A stretch of 64,000 bases of DNA from Antedon mediterranea (Eukaryota; Animalia; Echinodermata): contig NC_092676.1 of assembly GCF_964355755.1 (NCBI RefSeq), positions 26,244,871-26,308,870 on the forward strand, given 5' to 3'. Shown piece after piece: positions 62,291 to 64,000 of the stretch (positions are counted from its first letter, which is position 1; each line of letters begins with the position of its first letter). Made by a program: the position numbers and the translations under genes. Under the pieces are notes generated by a model that saw only the letters and a program-made list of their open reading frames with translations, did not search any database and had not been told where the DNA came from.

Positions 62291-64000
62291 AGATTTTAAA
62301 TATTTCTACATAGCCTACTATGCAGTACAGTAATAATTAGTTTTTTTATATCTTTTAATTTATACTATGTACCAAAAGATTTGGTTAATTAGTCCAACTG
62401 ACTATGAACTTATTTAATTAGTGACTTGTACATTTTCACACCAAAACACCGGGGTGTCTCCAGAGTTTTGCCTTTGGTGTGGAAGGGTTATTACACTATG
62501 TACTTAGTCAAGTTGACTGACTGAGTAAGTCACTAATTAACTAAGTCCAGCTGACTATGAACTTAGACAAGTTGATTAAGTCTAGTTTATCATTCTCCTT
62601 TAAGTCTAGTCAACTAACCAATTAACTTAGTACTGTATAGCTGATTGTAGACTATATACACTATACACATTAGGTGATGAAATGTGTTTATTCAGTCCAG
62701 CTATAAGTTGGCAATAAGTTAATTAAGTACAAGACTGCCATTTCTTCTGTCCCCAACCATAATGGAGTGGAAGTTAGCAAAGTCTTACCACCAGTCAGGG
62801 GCCTTTCTTAATAATTCTTGATTAAATTATTTCACCTTCGTAATCACTAATCACATACATTTATAATATGTATATATTTATATAGTAGTAAAAATGCAAT
62901 ATTTCTTGTAAAGTTTCTATTCTATAAACACTGTATAGTGTACTCAAGGTGTGAAAAAAAAAGCAAGTATTAATTTTTATTTGGTTTTATTTATAAATAA
63001 CAAAGGCAAAAGTGACACATAGAACTATTTATATAATAATGATACAGCTATCGTACTTCCAAATAATTATCTGCGTATTCAGTTTTATTATATCAAAGCA
63101 ATAGGTTTTTCTGCCTTGACAGAGTTAGAACATGTTATATATAATTTCTTAAATGTTCAGTAGAAATAGAATGCCACATTTTTATCATTAAAAGAGGATT
63201 GACTCAATTAATATATTGTAAACAAATACAAGAAAGTGAAAAAAGAAAAACATAATATAATTTGGTTAAAATTTGATTCCTCTTTTGTGGAACAGCTCAC
63301 TTTTAGTTCAAAATTAACAGTTGTGAAGATATATCTTGAAATTTCTTCTGCATTTCACTTTTTTTTTATTCAGCCACTTTCCACACAACAAGCACAGTAT
63401 ATATTTTGAAATATATGTAATAAAAAAATAAACATGTAGAATTAAAATGAGTCAGTTTTGATTTTATGTAAGAAAAATAATATTCAAAAAAAAAAAATGT
63501 TCCAAAGTTTCGTCTATAAAAAAAAAATGATGTGCCCATATGGACATGATGACGTCATATCACTACCATATTTGGGCACATCACACTTTTTTGTCAAACT
63601 AGTTTGATAGTGTTCAGTGAGCCTAACAAAGAAAATGTATATTCTTTGTTAAAATATCTGTTCCTTTAGTTTATTATATTGAAAGATGATGGTTATAAAT
63701 AGCAGCGAATAACGTCGTGCGAATGTCATTCTCTTTATCCGATTGTCCCGAAGTTTCCCCGTATTCTCTGTTTTATATACGTGAAAGGAGTTTTACTCAG
63801 TTGCATCCGTTTGCTCGTAAAGCCTGTTTTCCTGTCGACAATAATCGGTGATCTTCTACGTAAACATTGAAATGGTAACGATTTACAGGAAAAGGTACTC
63901 GCTATTATCATTTCAACTTGATCGTTTTCAAACGATCGTCGTTGAACTTGTAACGATTAACGATGATAGCGTCGATTAACGATGATAGCGTCGACTAACG

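Overview
AT-rich, intron-containing animal genomic DNA, probably a marine invertebrate (echinoderm-like; the taxon cannot be fixed from sequence alone). It is not prokaryotic, and I found no CRISPR, rRNA or intact tRNA. Spliced genes reconstructed by hand, in order: a monoamine oxidase copy with three coding lesions (+); CASP8AP2/FLASH with a long repetitive N-terminal extension (+); a JmjC 2OG-Fe(II) oxygenase whose exon 2 is interrupted by an ~0.8-kb TIR element (+); TRAPPC10 with an AT-AC U12 intron and a GC-AG intron (-), head-to-head with CMSS1 (+); a tandem pair of DUF4062 + STAND/NACHT-like NTPase genes (-), one intact and one pseudogenised; an intronless Ig-domain receptor with an ITIM-like tail (+); POLR2F (-), head-to-head with an FBXO30/40-like gene (+). 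Both NTPase genes end in a Cys array spaced like the PHF5A/Rds3 zinc knot, where WD40/TPR repeats would be expected. Repeats include about 16 copies of one MITE family, other MITEs, LINE 3' stubs, SINE fragments, a Helentron-type HINE, two Penelope-type hammerhead relics and a 4.4-kb inverted duplication of an XPG-like-nuclease transposon. The most novel signals are the NTPase-zinc-knot architecture and five 24-36-bp CAT...ATG palindromes with 7-bp target duplications that resemble P-element excision footprints. All homology calls come from remembered motifs, not database searches.
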